A stretch of 64,000 nt of DNA from Candidatus Scatomorpha stercorigallinarum. Lineage in GTDB: Bacteria; Bacillota; Clostridia; Oscillospirales; Oscillospiraceae. Of this stretch, positions 28,244 through 40,797 are shown one piece after another (the stretch's first letter is position 1; every line of letters starts with the position of its first letter). The DNA lies in assembly GCA_944387865.1 (NCBI GenBank), contig CALXGN010000006.1, positions 11,355-75,354 of the forward strand. The letters are read 5' to 3'. The position numbers and the translations under genes were made by a program. Under the pieces are notes generated by a model, which ran no database searches, was not told the DNA's origin, and saw only the letters and a list, made by a program, of their open reading frames with translations.

Positions 28244-28287
28244 CCTGTACGCCTCCTTTCAAAAATCTGCGACTGCGCGCAAAAAGT

Positions 28288-28316
28288 AATATACCTCAGT
28301 TCATTCCGCCTGTCAA
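28288..28316 (-). promoter_or_regulatory. Sigma-A type promoter for the ABC exporter leader
   Basis: Minus strand TTGACA (28316-28311), 17-nt spacer, TATATT (28293-28288). Confidence 0.55.
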
Positions 28317-28335
28317 GGACATTTTGCCAAAACGT

Positions 28336-29367
28336 TCACGCGCGGAGCTGCCTCTTGCGGGCGAAATTCACCATGCCGTCGTGCATGTCGTTCAGCCCGT
28401 GGAGCATCTTGCCCGCGCCGTACGCCTGGCAGGAGACGGGGTCGTCCACCACGAGGGTGCGTATGCCCGTGTCCTCCTCCACGAGGCGGTCGAAGCCATA
28501 GAGCAGGCTGCCGCCGCCGGACATTATTATGCCGTTTTGCGAAATGTCGCTCACCAGCTCGGGCGGCGTGCGCTCGAGGACGAGGTGTATGCTCTCGAGG
28601 ATCGTCTTTGCGGGCTCCAGGAGCACGTCGACGAGCTCGGCGGAGCTGATCTGCACCATTTTGGGCAGGCCGGTGACGAGGTCGCGCCCCTTTACCTCCT
28701 CGAGGCCGATGTCCGGCTTCTGGACCAGGCAGCCGATGCTCATCTTTACCTCCTCGGCGGTCTTGGAGCCTATAAGCACGTTGTGCCTGCGGCGGACATA
28801 GCGGACTATCGCCTCGTCGAATTCCCCGCCGGCGACGCGGATGGACTCGCACTCGGCCACGCCGTTCAGGGAGACGACGGCGGTTTCCGTGGTGCCGCCT
28901 CCGATGTCGATGACAAGGTGGCCGTCCGGCTTTGAGACGTCCACCCCGGCGCCGGTGGCGGTGGCGACGGCGCTCTCAACAAGGTAGACCTTCCTGGCGC
29001 CGGCCTCGACCGCGGCGTCGATCAGCGCGCGCTCCTCCACGCCGCTGATGCTGCCGGGCACGGTGAGCAGCACGCGGGGCTTGAACAGGCTGAAGCTGGT
29101 CACCCGGCCTATAAGCTCGCGCAACATGGCCACGGTCATGTCGTAGTCGGAGATGACGCCGTTCGATATTGGGTGTATCGGCACGATGCTCGCCGGGGTG
29201 CGGCCGAGCATCTTCTGCGCCTCGCGCCCGACCTTGAGCAGCTTGCCGGTGTATTTGTCCACGGCCACTATGGTCGGCTCGCGCACCTGCACGCCCTTGC
29301 CGCGTACGAAGAGCAGCACGTCCGTCGTGCCCATGTCTATTGCGATGTCGCGTTCGAAAATAAGCAT
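28336..29367 (-). CDS. MreB/Mbl-family actin-like rod-shape protein
   Basis: Actin-fold phosphate motifs (DMGTTD, DIGGGTTE) and full-length MreB-like architecture. Confidence 0.85.
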   Translation of the reverse strand: MLIFERDIAIDMGTTDVLLFVRGKGVQVREPTIVAVDKYTGKLLKVGREAQKMLGRTPASIVPIHPISNGVISDYDMTVAMLRELIGRVTSFSLFKPRVLLTVPGSISGVEERALIDAAVEAGARKVYLVESAVATATGAGVDVSKPDGHLVIDIGGGTTETAVVSLNGVAECESIRVAGGEFDEAIVRYVRRRHNVLIGSKTAEEVKMSIGCLVQKPDIGLEEVKGRDLVTGLPKMVQISSAELVDVLLEPAKTILESIHLVLERTPPELVSDISQNGIIMSGGGSLLYGFDRLVEEDTGIRTLVVDDPVSCQAYGAGKMLHGLNDMHDGMVNFARKRQLRA

Positions 29368-29416
29368 ATCAAAGTACCCTCCGAAATGTATCTTAGACGG
29401 GAGCGGGCGGCTTTAA

Positions 29417-30073
29417 TCAGGGCCGGCCCCTTGCGACCGCGGCGCAGACCACGCTCTCCGCCCCGGCGAGGCCGAGGACGCGCGCGCATTCTGAAACCGT
29501 GGCGCCGGTCGTTATGATATCGTCGATCAGGAGTATCCTGCGGCCGCGCACGAGCTCCTCGTCGGCGCACTCAAAGGCCCCGGATATGTTGGCGCGGCGC
29601 TGTTCGGCGCTGCCGGTGCCGGACTGTGGGGCGACGTTTACGACCTTCCTGAGCGTTTCCACCGCCACGTCGTCCAGCTCGAGGGCCGCGGCCATTGCGA
29701 TGAGCATCGCCTGGTCGTAGCCGCGCTCGCGCAGCCGCTCGCTGGAGAGCGGTACCCAGGAGATGAGGTCGTACCTCCCCGCAAGGCGCTCGCGGATGCA
29801 GCCGGCCACGAGCCGGCCGAAGACGCCGGCGTAGGCCGTGACGCCGTTGAACTTGTACCTCAGCAGCGCGTCGCGCACCGCGCCCTCGTAAAAGAGCGGG
29901 GCTGCGCAGGCCTCCACAAAGTCGGCCCCGTCGAGATAGCTCTCCGGGGTGTAGGGCAGGGAGGCTTCGCACTTGGCGCACATGCCGCTTTCGCCGCGCC
30001 TGAGCAGCTTGCGGCAGAAGGCGCAGCGCGGCGGGAACAGGATGTCGAGCAGTCTGTCTTTAAGCTGGGACAT
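29417..30073 (-). CDS. comFC: ComF-family phosphoribosyltransferase-like protein
   Basis: N-terminal C-x2-C...C-x2-C zinc finger (PPRCAFC...CAKC) and the C-terminal PRT motif ILLIDDIITTGAT. Confidence 0.8.
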   Translation of the reverse strand: MSQLKDRLLDILFPPRCAFCRKLLRRGESGMCAKCEASLPYTPESYLDGADFVEACAAPLFYEGAVRDALLRYKFNGVTAYAGVFGRLVAGCIRERLAGRYDLISWVPLSSERLRERGYDQAMLIAMAAALELDDVAVETLRKVVNVAPQSGTGSAEQRRANISGAFECADEELVRGRRILLIDDIITTGATVSECARVLGLAGAESVVCAAVARGRP

Positions 30074-30098
30074 ACGTCACACCCCCATAATTTATGCC

Positions 30099-32324
30099 TC
30101 AGGCGCCGGCGGCGAGGCGGGCGCGCAGCCCGCTGTAGCGCCTCGACTGCCTGTGGTCGTCTATCATCTGCAAGGCCGTTTCTTCGCGGCCGACGGCGAT
30201 GAGCAGTTCCCGCGCGCGGGTGACGGCGGTGTAGAGCACCCCGCGGGTCATGAGCTGCGGTGCGCCGCGCCCGAGCGCGAGCACCACGGCGCGGTATTCG
30301 CTGCCCTGGCTCTTGTGGACGGTCATCGCCCAGGCGTGCTCGATTTCGGCGAGCTGGTCGAAGCCGCACTCGGCCACGCGGCCGTCGAAGTCGATCTGCA
30401 CGGCCTCTTTTTCCGCGTCCACGGCGCGTATATAGCCGATGTCGCCGTTATAGATGCCCGTGCCGCTCTCCGGCGGCAGGCCGTCCGGGCGCTGGCGCTT
30501 CCAGACCATGTCGTAGTTGTTGCGCACCTGCATCACGCGGTCGCCCTCGCGGAAAATGGCCTCGCCGAAGGCGCGCTCGCGCTTGTCTTTGGACGGTGGG
30601 TTGAGGGCGGACTGCAATATGCGGTTGAGCTCCACGCTGCCCAGCGCGCCCTTGCGCGTGGGCGTCAGCACCTGTATCTCCTCCGGCGCTATGCCCATCC
30701 GCCTGGGCAGCCGCTCGCAGCAGAGTTCCATGATGGTCTCCGCCGCCGCGCGCTCCTCCGCGCGCCGCAGGAAGAAGAAATCGCCGCTGTTTTCCCGCAG
30801 CTCCGGGTGTTCGCCGGCGATTATCATGTGCGCGTTGCGCACGATGCGGCTGCCCTCGGCCTGGCGGAAGATCTCCGTCAGCCGCACGGAGGGCACCACG
30901 CCCGAGCGCAGTATGTCCGCGAAAACATTGCCCGGCCCCACGCTGGGCAGCTGGTCGGCGTCGCCCACCAGTATCAGCCGGCAGTCCGGCGGCAGGGCGG
31001 CCAGCAGGGCCTGCATAAGCGTTATGTCAACCATGGAGCACTCGTCCAGCACCACCGCCCCGCAGTCCAGCGGCGTGTCCTCGTCGTGCGCGAAAACGAC
31101 GCGCTCGCCCTCGGCCTGGAAGCCCGCGCCCAGCAGGCGGTGGATGGTGGCCGCCTCGCGGCCCGTCAGCTCGCCCATGCGCTTGGCCGCGCGGCCTGTG
31201 GGCGCGGTGAGCAGCGTTTTGATGCCCAGCGCGTCGAAAAACGCCAGTATGGCGCGGACGGTGGTGGTCTTGCCGGTGCCGGGCCCGCCCGTGAGGGCCA
31301 TCACGCGGCTGCGCGCGGCGAGGGCGATGGTCTGGCGCTGCAATGGCGCATAGGTGATGCCGGCGGCGAGCTCCACGCGCCCTATCAGGGCGTCCGTGTC
31401 CACGGCCGCCTCCGGCGGCTGTTTTGCCATCAGCAGCAGGCGGCGGGCGACGTAGTCCTCCGCTTCGCAGAGCTCGGAGAGGTAACAGGCGTCGCGCCCG
31501 GCGACCTCGCAGCGCGCGAGCGTGCCGTCATCCACCAGCGAATCGAGCGCGGCAGAGGCCGCCTCCTCGCTGACGGAGATGAACTGCGCCGTGGCGGGGA
31601 CGAGCTTTTCCGCGGGGATGAAGCAGTGCCCGTTGGCGGCGTTGTGCCGCAGCTCGAACACCATCGCCGCGCGCACGCGGTTGGGGTCGTCGGCGGCGCA
31701 GCCCACGCCCAGCGCGAGCGTGTCCGCCTCCGCAAAGGTGCCGCCGATGTGCGGCGCGGCGAGGATGTAGGGGTCCTCCTCCAGGACGGTGAACGAATCG
31801 CTGCCGTAGAATTTATAGAGCCGGACGGCCAGCAGCGGCCGCAGGGCGTGGGAGCAGAGCAGCTCCATCAGCCGCCGCAGGCCGGACTGCCGCCGGAAGG
31901 CGGCGCCGATCTGCTCGGCTTTGCGCGGCGTGATGCCGCGTATCTCCGTCAGCCTTGCCGGCTCGCGCTCGATGACGTCGAGCGCCTTGTCGCCGAACTT
32001 TTCCACGATGAGGGCGGCCGTGGCCGGGCCCACGCCCTTCACGGCGTGCCCCGCCAGGTAGGAATAGATGTCCTCCGCCGTGCGCGGCAGGCTGCGCTCG
32101 GCGTATTCGGCCTTGAACTGCCGCCCGTGGTTGGGGTGCGTGGCCCACTCGCCGTAGGCCCGCAGCTCCTCGCCCGGATAGGCGGCGGGCAGCGTGCCGA
32201 CAACGGTGGTGAGCCCGCCGTCCAGCGTGTCCAGCCGCAGGACGGTCCAGCCGTTCTCCTCGTTGGTGTAGATAACGGAGGAGATACGGCCGCTTATTTC
32301 GATGAGTTCCGCTTCTTCCGCCAT
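30099..32324 (-). CDS. recD2: RecD2-type SF1 ATP-dependent DNA helicase
   Basis: N-terminal RecD2-type domain, Walker A GGPGTGKTT, DECSMVD, and helicase motifs through the C-terminal SH3-like region. Confidence 0.88.
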   Translation of the reverse strand: MAEEAELIEISGRISSVIYTNEENGWTVLRLDTLDGGLTTVVGTLPAAYPGEELRAYGEWATHPNHGRQFKAEYAERSLPRTAEDIYSYLAGHAVKGVGPATAALIVEKFGDKALDVIEREPARLTEIRGITPRKAEQIGAAFRRQSGLRRLMELLCSHALRPLLAVRLYKFYGSDSFTVLEEDPYILAAPHIGGTFAEADTLALGVGCAADDPNRVRAAMVFELRHNAANGHCFIPAEKLVPATAQFISVSEEAASAALDSLVDDGTLARCEVAGRDACYLSELCEAEDYVARRLLLMAKQPPEAAVDTDALIGRVELAAGITYAPLQRQTIALAARSRVMALTGGPGTGKTTTVRAILAFFDALGIKTLLTAPTGRAAKRMGELTGREAATIHRLLGAGFQAEGERVVFAHDEDTPLDCGAVVLDECSMVDITLMQALLAALPPDCRLILVGDADQLPSVGPGNVFADILRSGVVPSVRLTEIFRQAEGSRIVRNAHMIIAGEHPELRENSGDFFFLRRAEERAAAETIMELCCERLPRRMGIAPEEIQVLTPTRKGALGSVELNRILQSALNPPSKDKRERAFGEAIFREGDRVMQVRNNYDMVWKRQRPDGLPPESGTGIYNGDIGYIRAVDAEKEAVQIDFDGRVAECGFDQLAEIEHAWAMTVHKSQGSEYRAVVLALGRGAPQLMTRGVLYTAVTRARELLIAVGREETALQMIDDHRQSRRYSGLRARLAAGA

Positions 32325-32340
32325 ATTCCCTCCCGCGGGC

Positions 32341-32828
32341 TCAAAAGATGGATGTGAAACCGTAGGTGATGCCGGTGACGAGCAGCCCGGCCATCACCAC
32401 GCCGAGGGCGATGCTGGGCAGGGCGGAGCGCATCCGCATGTCCATCACGGCGGCGATGAGCGCGCCGGTCCAGGCCCCCGTGCCCGGCAGGGGGATGCCG
32501 ACGAATATGGCCAGGCCGAAAAACTGGTACTTGTGCACCTTGTCCCACTTGCCCTCGGCCCGCGCTTCCAGCTTTTCCACCACGCGGCCGAGCTTTTCGC
32601 TCTTCCTGGTCATCCACTTGAATATGGGCCGGATGAAGAGGATGATGAAGGGCACGGGCAGCATGTTGCCCAGCATGCTCACCCACATGGCGTCAAAGTG
32701 GCTCAGCCCCAGGCCCACGCCCAGGGGGATGGCCCCGCGCAGCTCGATGACGGGGATCATGGAGACGATGAGGGTGACGAAATACGCGCCCAGGTCGGCG
32801 CCGGTCAGCGCGTTTACGATATAGTCGG

Positions 32829-32832
<4 letters not shown>
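32341..32832 (-). CDS. Small multidrug-export-like membrane protein (COG2426 family)
   Basis: Four or five TM helices with [10 protein letters not shown] and [10 protein letters not shown] motifs. Confidence 0.65.
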
Positions 32833-35663
<2,831 letters not shown>

Positions 35664-35693
35664 AACTTGCCTCGGTATAGCTGAAATCATTTC

Positions 35694-35722
35694 ATTATAC
35701 CCCAGGGAGCGCCAGGTTTCAA
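35694..35722 (-). promoter_or_regulatory. Sigma-A type promoter for uvrA
   Basis: Minus strand TTGAAA, 17-nt spacer, consensus TATAAT. I saw no Cheo/LexA box (GAAC-N4-GTTC) nearby. Confidence 0.55.
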
Positions 35723-35780
35723 CCAGAAAAATCAAGCCGCCGCCGCAAAAAGCGGCCGCCGTGCCCGGGCGCGGCGGCGG

Positions 35781-35813
35781 AAAAAACAAGGCCGCGGCGC
35801 AGCGGCCGCGGCC
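35781..35813 (-). terminator. Rho-independent terminator after the PAP2 gene
   Basis: ggccgcgg...ccgcggcc stem followed by ttgtttttt on the minus strand. Confidence 0.5.
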
Positions 35814-35828
35814 ATTCGTATTCTGGCG

Positions 35829-36497
35829 TCAGGCTTCCCGGAGCCCGCGCCCGCGCGCGGTCAGGAAGCGCCTGTAGTAGAACATGAGGAAGGCGGGGAT
35901 GATGAATATCAGCGCGCCGACGGTGTCGATAAAGGCGTGCTGCTTCACGAGCACGGTGGAGGCCATGCAGAGCACGCACAGCACGGTGATGACGGCGCGG
36001 TGCCAGGGCTTGAAGAGCCTGCTGTCGAAGCAGCAGATGATGTCGCCCACACAGCCGAGCACGTGCATGCTGGGGAACACGTTCGTCGGCGTGTCGGCCG
36101 CCCAGATGATGGAGAGGATCCAGGTCCAGAGGTCGGTGACCTCCACACCCTCGGGGCGCAGGTGCTGGCCGTTGGGGATGAGCACATCCAGCAGCAGCGT
36201 GGCCGAGAGGGTGAACATGTTGTAGTACATCCAGCGCCTGAAGGCCGCCCCGTCCTTTATCATGGTGGGTATGCCGACGACGGCGAAGAGCGGGTACCAC
36301 AGCACGTAAAAGAGCGCGAACTGCGGCACGAAGGGTATGTAACTGTCGATGGGCAGGTCGGTCACCCAGTAGCCGCTGGTGGGCGTGTTGGCCTCGATGA
36401 TGAAGAAGGTGACGATGTAGAGGGGGAAATAGAGCACGAGCAGGCAGTACCTGTGCGTTTTGATAAATCCGGCAACGAGCTGCGCGAGACTGCGCAA
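35829..36497 (-). CDS. PAP2-superfamily integral membrane protein (lipid phosphatase / phosphotransferase-like)
   Basis: Multiple TM helices with PSMH (SxH) and KQHAFIDT (HxxxD) motifs of the PAP2 C2/C3 type. Confidence 0.65.
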   Translation of the reverse strand: MRSLAQLVAGFIKTHRYCLLVLYFPLYIVTFFIIEANTPTSGYWVTDLPIDSYIPFVPQFALFYVLWYPLFAVVGIPTMIKDGAAFRRWMYYNMFTLSATLLLDVLIPNGQHLRPEGVEVTDLWTWILSIIWAADTPTNVFPSMHVLGCVGDIICCFDSRLFKPWHRAVITVLCVLCMASTVLVKQHAFIDTVGALIFIIPAFLMFYYRRFLTARGRGLREA

Positions 36498-36567
36498 GGC
36501 ATATCACTCCCAAGTGAGAAATCAGCGGGTATTATAGCACTTCGCGCGCACGCGCGCAATGGACTTT

Positions 36568-37155
36568 TCAGGCTTCGGTGTCGCGTTTTTCGCCGCGGCG
36601 GTCGAAGTTGCTCAGCGCGTGCTCCAGGCTGCCCCGCGTCAGGCGGTGCAGGCGGTCCAGGTCTTTGGGGTGGGAGCCGGGCATCCCGGCGTCGATCCAG
36701 GTGTCCAGCACGCCGTAGGCGGCGATCTCGTGTATCTGTACGACGAACTGGATGTCGCCTTCGTCCACCATCATGCCCTCTTTTTCCACGATGTAGCGCG
36801 CCCGCGCCTCCAGCAGGGGGCTCAGCCGCCGGCGCATGTAATCGATGATATGGTGCCAGCCGCGGGAGTTGTAGAGGTGCATCACGGACCGGCGGCTCTC
36901 CAGCATGCCGAGGAACAGCCCGTCGAGCAGCTCGTCGAAATTCTCCAGCCAGTTTTCATCCCCGGCAATAGCGGCCACCTGGCAGTCGATCTGCCACTCG
37001 ATGAGCTCGTATATGTCGTGGAAGTGGTAATAAAAGGTCTGGCGGTTGAGCCCGCACTCGTCCGTGATGTCGGAAACGGTGATGCGGTCGAGGGATTTGC
37101 GTTCGAGCAGGCGGTCCAGCGCTTCCGAGAACTGCTGCTTCGTGTTTTTTGGCAT
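36568..37155 (-). CDS. TetR/AcrR-family transcriptional regulator (DhaS-like subgroup)
   Basis: N-terminal HTH ITVSDITDECGLNRQTFYYHF. Start trimmed to MPKNTKQQF. Confidence 0.8.
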   Translation of the reverse strand: MPKNTKQQFSEALDRLLERKSLDRITVSDITDECGLNRQTFYYHFHDIYELIEWQIDCQVAAIAGDENWLENFDELLDGLFLGMLESRRSVMHLYNSRGWHHIIDYMRRRLSPLLEARARYIVEKEGMMVDEGDIQFVVQIHEIAAYGVLDTWIDAGMPGSHPKDLDRLHRLTRGSLEHALSNFDRRGEKRDTEA

Positions 37156-37231
37156 TGAGCATTTCCTTTCTGCTGCGCTTATGTTATGATACATAAAAGT
37201 CTACTGCCTATCAATTAAAGGGGGATTAAAA

Positions 37232-38161
37232 ATGCCCGTCAGAGGCCGCTTTGCGCCCAGCCCCAGCGGCAGGCTGCACATCGGGAACATGCTCTCCTCG
37301 CTGCTCGCCTGGCTGGACGTGCGCTCGCGCGGCGGGGAGATGCTCTTCCGGCTCGAGGACCTCGACCCGGAGCGCTCCTACGAGGATTCCGCCAGGCTTA
37401 TGGCGGAGGACCTGCGCTGGCTGGGCCTCGACTGGGACCTCGGCTGGCCGATGGAGCCGGACTGCCGCCAGGGCCGGCGGACGCGGGAATACGAGGAGGC
37501 CTTCGGGCGGCTGGGGGAAAAGGGGCTGCTCTACCGCTGCTGGTGCTCGAGGGCGGAGCGGCTCGCTGCCTCGGCCCCGCATCCGGGGGAGGAAAACCCC
37601 GGCTCCTGCCGCTGCCGCACGCTGTCCGGCGCGGAGATCGCCGCGCTCGAGCGGCGCGGGCGCCGCGCGGCCTTTAAGGTCATAACGCCGGACGCAGATG
37701 TAACGGTGGAGGACGGCCACTACGGCACGTATACGGAAAACCTCGCGCGCGGAGGCGGAGATTTCATCGTCCGCCGCTCGGACGGGGTGTTCGCCTATCA
37801 GCTTGCCGTCTCGGTGGACGACGCCGCAATGGGCGTGACGCGCGTTGTGCGCGCGAGGGACCTGCTGCCCAGCGCGCCGCGGCAGAAGTGGCTGATAGAG
37901 ACCCTCGGCGGCACGGCGCCGGAATACTGCCACGCGCCGCTTATAGTCTCGCCCTCGGGCCGGAAGCTGTCCAAGCGCGAGGGCGATCTGAACATGGAGT
38001 CGCTGCGTAAACGCTACACGCCGGAGGGGCTGACGGGCGTGCTCGCCTGCCTCTGCGGGCTCATCGAGCGGCCGGAGAGCGTTTCGCCGCGCGAGCTCGT
38101 CGGAAATTTTGACTGGAACAAAGTCGCCCGGGAGGACGTCATTCTTCCCGATTGGGTCTGA
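37232..38161 (+). CDS. gluQ: Glutamyl-Q tRNA(Asp) synthetase-like truncated GluRS paralogue
   Basis: RFAPSPSGRLHIGN (HIGH), KLSKR (KMSKS) and Cys pairs YRCWCS / SCRCR. At 309 aa it has no anticodon-binding domain. Confidence 0.7.
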   Translation: MPVRGRFAPSPSGRLHIGNMLSSLLAWLDVRSRGGEMLFRLEDLDPERSYEDSARLMAEDLRWLGLDWDLGWPMEPDCRQGRRTREYEEAFGRLGEKGLLYRCWCSRAERLAASAPHPGEENPGSCRCRTLSGAEIAALERRGRRAAFKVITPDADVTVEDGHYGTYTENLARGGGDFIVRRSDGVFAYQLAVSVDDAAMGVTRVVRARDLLPSAPRQKWLIETLGGTAPEYCHAPLIVSPSGRKLSKREGDLNMESLRKRYTPEGLTGVLACLCGLIERPESVSPRELVGNFDWNKVAREDVILPDWV

Positions 38162-40607
38162 ATTTGCGCCTGGCCTTCTCCGCCGCGTGGCGGCCGCGCG
38201 TGCGCGCGGAGATAAAGGCGCCGCGCACCTTGTCCTCGGCCATGGAGACGGCCTTCAGCGCCGGCCAGGAGAGCAGGGCGAACACGCCCAGTATCAGCCC
38301 GCCGGCGAGGTCGATGCCGGAGAGGGTGAAGAGGTCCTTCAAAAACACCACGCAGAAGGCGAAGCCGGCGGTGAGGAACACCATCAGCGCTTTCCGCAGC
38401 AGGTTGTAGGGCCGGCAGGTGCGGTGTACGACCAGCAGGCCCACGACGCCGAGGATGATGGTGCAGATGGTGCCCATCATGCTCTCCGGTATCTCGAACA
38501 CCAGGCAGAACAATATGACGCCGACGATGAGGAACAGGTCCGTCAGCCCGCCGGGCAGCGCGCGGTAGAGCACGTTGGGCAGGAAACGGCCCCTGATGCG
38601 GGTAGTGTTGGGCTCCATTGCCAGCACAAAGCCCGGTATGCCGATGGTGAGCGCGGAGATGAGGCTCATCTGCGAGCTCGTCACGGGGTAGGGCAGGGAG
38701 AAAATGAGCGTGATGATGGCGAGGATGAAGGAGAAGATGTTCTTCACCAGGAACAGCGTCGCCGAGCGCTCGATGTTGTTGATGACGCGCCGCCCCTCCG
38801 CCACCACGCTGGGCATGGAGGCAAAGTTGGAGTCCAGCAGCACGATGTGGCTCACCTGGCTGGCGGCGTCGCTGCCGGAGGCCATGGCGATGGAGCAGTC
38901 GGCCTCCTTGAGCGCGAGCACGTCGTTCACGCCGTCGCCCGTCATCGCCACCGTGTGGCCCCGGGCCTTGAGCGCGCGCACGAAGCGCCGCTTCTGGTCG
39001 GGCGTCACGCGGCCGAACACGGTGTAGTCCTCGATGGCCGCGGCGATGTCCTCGTCCGTCTGCAATGTGCGCGCATCGACGTACTTTTCCGCGCCGGCGA
39101 TGCCCGCGCGCTTGGCCACTTCGGAGACGGCCATGGCGTTGTCGCCGGAGATGACCTTGATGGCCACGCCCTGGCTGGCGAAATAGCGGAAGGTCTCCGG
39201 CGCCTCTTCGCGCACTTTGTTGGAAAGGAGGATGAGAGCGAGCGGCATCACGAGCTCCGTGACGGGCTTTTCGTCGTCCAGCGAGCCGTCGTAGAGCGCG
39301 AGCAGGAGCACGCGGCAGCCCTTGGCGCTGTAGCTGTCGATCTGCTGCTGGTACTTCACGATGTCCCGACCGAGGAGGATGTCCGGAGCTCCGAGAAGAT
39401 ATGTCTCGTCCTCATGGAAGCTGACGCCGCCGTATTTGCGCGCGCTGGAGAAGGGCAGGGCCTTTATGGCCTTCTGCTTCACCTCGCCGGTGAAATAGCG
39501 GCGCAGGGCGGCCATGGTGTCGTTGTCCGCGCTCATCGCGGCCACGTAGTCGGACATTATGAGCCTTATGTCGTCCTCAACAAACCGGTCCGGGCAGAGG
39601 AGCGCCACGTCCTCGACGGTCATCTTGTTTTCCGTAACCGTGCCGGTTTTGTCCACGCAGAGCACGTCCACGCGCGCGAGGGTCTCGATGCAGCCCATGT
39701 CGTGCACGAGCGTTTTTTTCTGCGCCAGGCGGACGACGCCAGCGGCGAGGGCCATGCTTGTCAGCAGATAGAGCCCCTCCGGTATCATGCCTATCAGTGA
39801 GGCGACCGTGGCCACCACGCCGTCCTGCACGCCGCGGCCCAGCCAGGCGATCTCCTTTACCGCCATGATGATGCCCAGCGGGATGACGGCGACGCCGATG
39901 ATCTGCACCAGCCGCGTGAGCGAGCGCATCATCTCGCTCTGCTGCGGCGGGCGGGCGGCCTTGGCCTCCAGCGTCAGGCGGTTGGCGTAGCTGTCCGCGC
40001 CCACGCGCGTCAGCCGCGCGCGGCACTCGCCGGAGACGATGAAGCTGCCGCTGAGCAGCTCCGCGCCGGGCTTTTTCTTTATTTCGTCGGCCTCGCCGGT
40101 GATGAGCGCCTCGTTCGCGGCGCACTCGCCGTCTATCACCACGGCGTCCGCGAAAATCTGGCTGCCGGCGGAGAACACCACCACGTCGTCGCGCACCATC
40201 TCCGCTGTCGGTATCTGCCGCACGCGGCCGTCGCGCACCACGGCGCCCTTGGGCGCGGTGAGAAGGGTGAGCTTGTCGAGCGTTTTTTTGCTGCGCAGCT
40301 CCTGCACGATGCCGATGGCTATGTTCGCGATGACAACGCCGAGGAACATGATCTCCTTCACCGCGCCGACGGCGATGACGCAGGCGGCGAGCAGGAAGAA
40401 GAGCATGTTGAAATAGGTGAAGATGTTCGAGCGGATTATCTCGCCCACGGTCTTCCCGGGCGGCTCGATGGGCAGGTTTCCCCAGCCGGCGTCCATGCGC
40501 TCCTTCGCCTGCGCCGTGCTCAGGCCCTCGGCGGGCCTCGCCTCGAATACCGCCACGTCCCGCCTGAAGGGGAGTTCCGGCTCTTTTTTCTTTTTAAGCA
40601 GTTCCAT
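38139..40607 (-). CDS. Cation-translocating P-type ATPase (P2-like; ion specificity unknown)
   Basis: DKTGTVTEN phosphorylation site, TGDGVNDVLALKEADCSIAM hinge, and about 10 TM segments. Confidence 0.88.
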   Translation of the reverse strand: MELLKKKKEPELPFRRDVAVFEARPAEGLSTAQAKERMDAGWGNLPIEPPGKTVGEIIRSNIFTYFNMLFFLLAACVIAVGAVKEIMFLGVVIANIAIGIVQELRSKKTLDKLTLLTAPKGAVVRDGRVRQIPTAEMVRDDVVVFSAGSQIFADAVVIDGECAANEALITGEADEIKKKPGAELLSGSFIVSGECRARLTRVGADSYANRLTLEAKAARPPQQSEMMRSLTRLVQIIGVAVIPLGIIMAVKEIAWLGRGVQDGVVATVASLIGMIPEGLYLLTSMALAAGVVRLAQKKTLVHDMGCIETLARVDVLCVDKTGTVTENKMTVEDVALLCPDRFVEDDIRLIMSDYVAAMSADNDTMAALRRYFTGEVKQKAIKALPFSSARKYGGVSFHEDETYLLGAPDILLGRDIVKYQQQIDSYSAKGCRVLLLALYDGSLDDEKPVTELVMPLALILLSNKVREEAPETFRYFASQGVAIKVISGDNAMAVSEVAKRAGIAGAEKYVDARTLQTDEDIAAAIEDYTVFGRVTPDQKRRFVRALKARGHTVAMTGDGVNDVLALKEADCSIAMASGSDAASQVSHIVLLDSNFASMPSVVAEGRRVINNIERSATLFLVKNIFSFILAIITLIFSLPYPVTSSQMSLISALTIGIPGFVLAMEPNTTRIRGRFLPNVLYRALPGGLTDLFLIVGVILFCLVFEIPESMMGTICTIILGVVGLLVVHRTCRPYNLLRKALMVFLTAGFAFCVVFLKDLFTLSGIDLAGGLILGVFALLSWPALKAVSMAEDKVRGAFISARTRGRHAAEKARRKFRPNREE

Positions 40608-40703
40608 AAGCGTAATTTTAGCACAGGGCGGGCCAAAGTAACAGTAAATTATTTGTTAATATGGAAGGGACGGAGGAAAAAAGAGAAAATTGCTCGTTCC
40701 GTC

Positions 40704-40732
40704 TTGCATAACGGCAGCGAGTATGGTAATAT
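40704..40732 (+). promoter_or_regulatory. Sigma-A type promoter for the SLH surface protein gene
   Basis: TTGCAT, 17-nt spacer, TAATAT with TGg extension. Confidence 0.45.
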
Positions 40733-40797
40733 GACATTTACATAATACCCGGTTGTTACATACTATGAATACCAATGGAAACAATAGGAGGTAGGAA

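Noticed and set aside
24253-28501. Two long plus-strand ORFs (698 and 762 aa) over the ABC exporter genes
   Set aside because: They are antisense shadow ORFs. The minus-strand products carry complete ABC exporter motifs.
30099-32324. The helicases (RecD2, and PcrA at 57195-59582) and ComFC considered as a possible phage-defence system
   Set aside because: The motifs and contexts (comFC-recD2, uvrA, pcrA) are those of conserved housekeeping repair and competence genes. There are no nuclease, sensor or methylase partners.
29973-32357. 794-aa plus-strand ORF over recD2
   Set aside because: It is an antisense shadow ORF. The minus strand encodes a complete SF1 helicase.
37156-37231. Imperfect inverted repeat ttatgt-tatga-tacataa between the TetR gene and gluQ, considered as a possible TetR operator
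   Set aside because: It is short, AT-rich and imperfect, in a region where such matches occur by chance. It is not strong enough to list as a feature.
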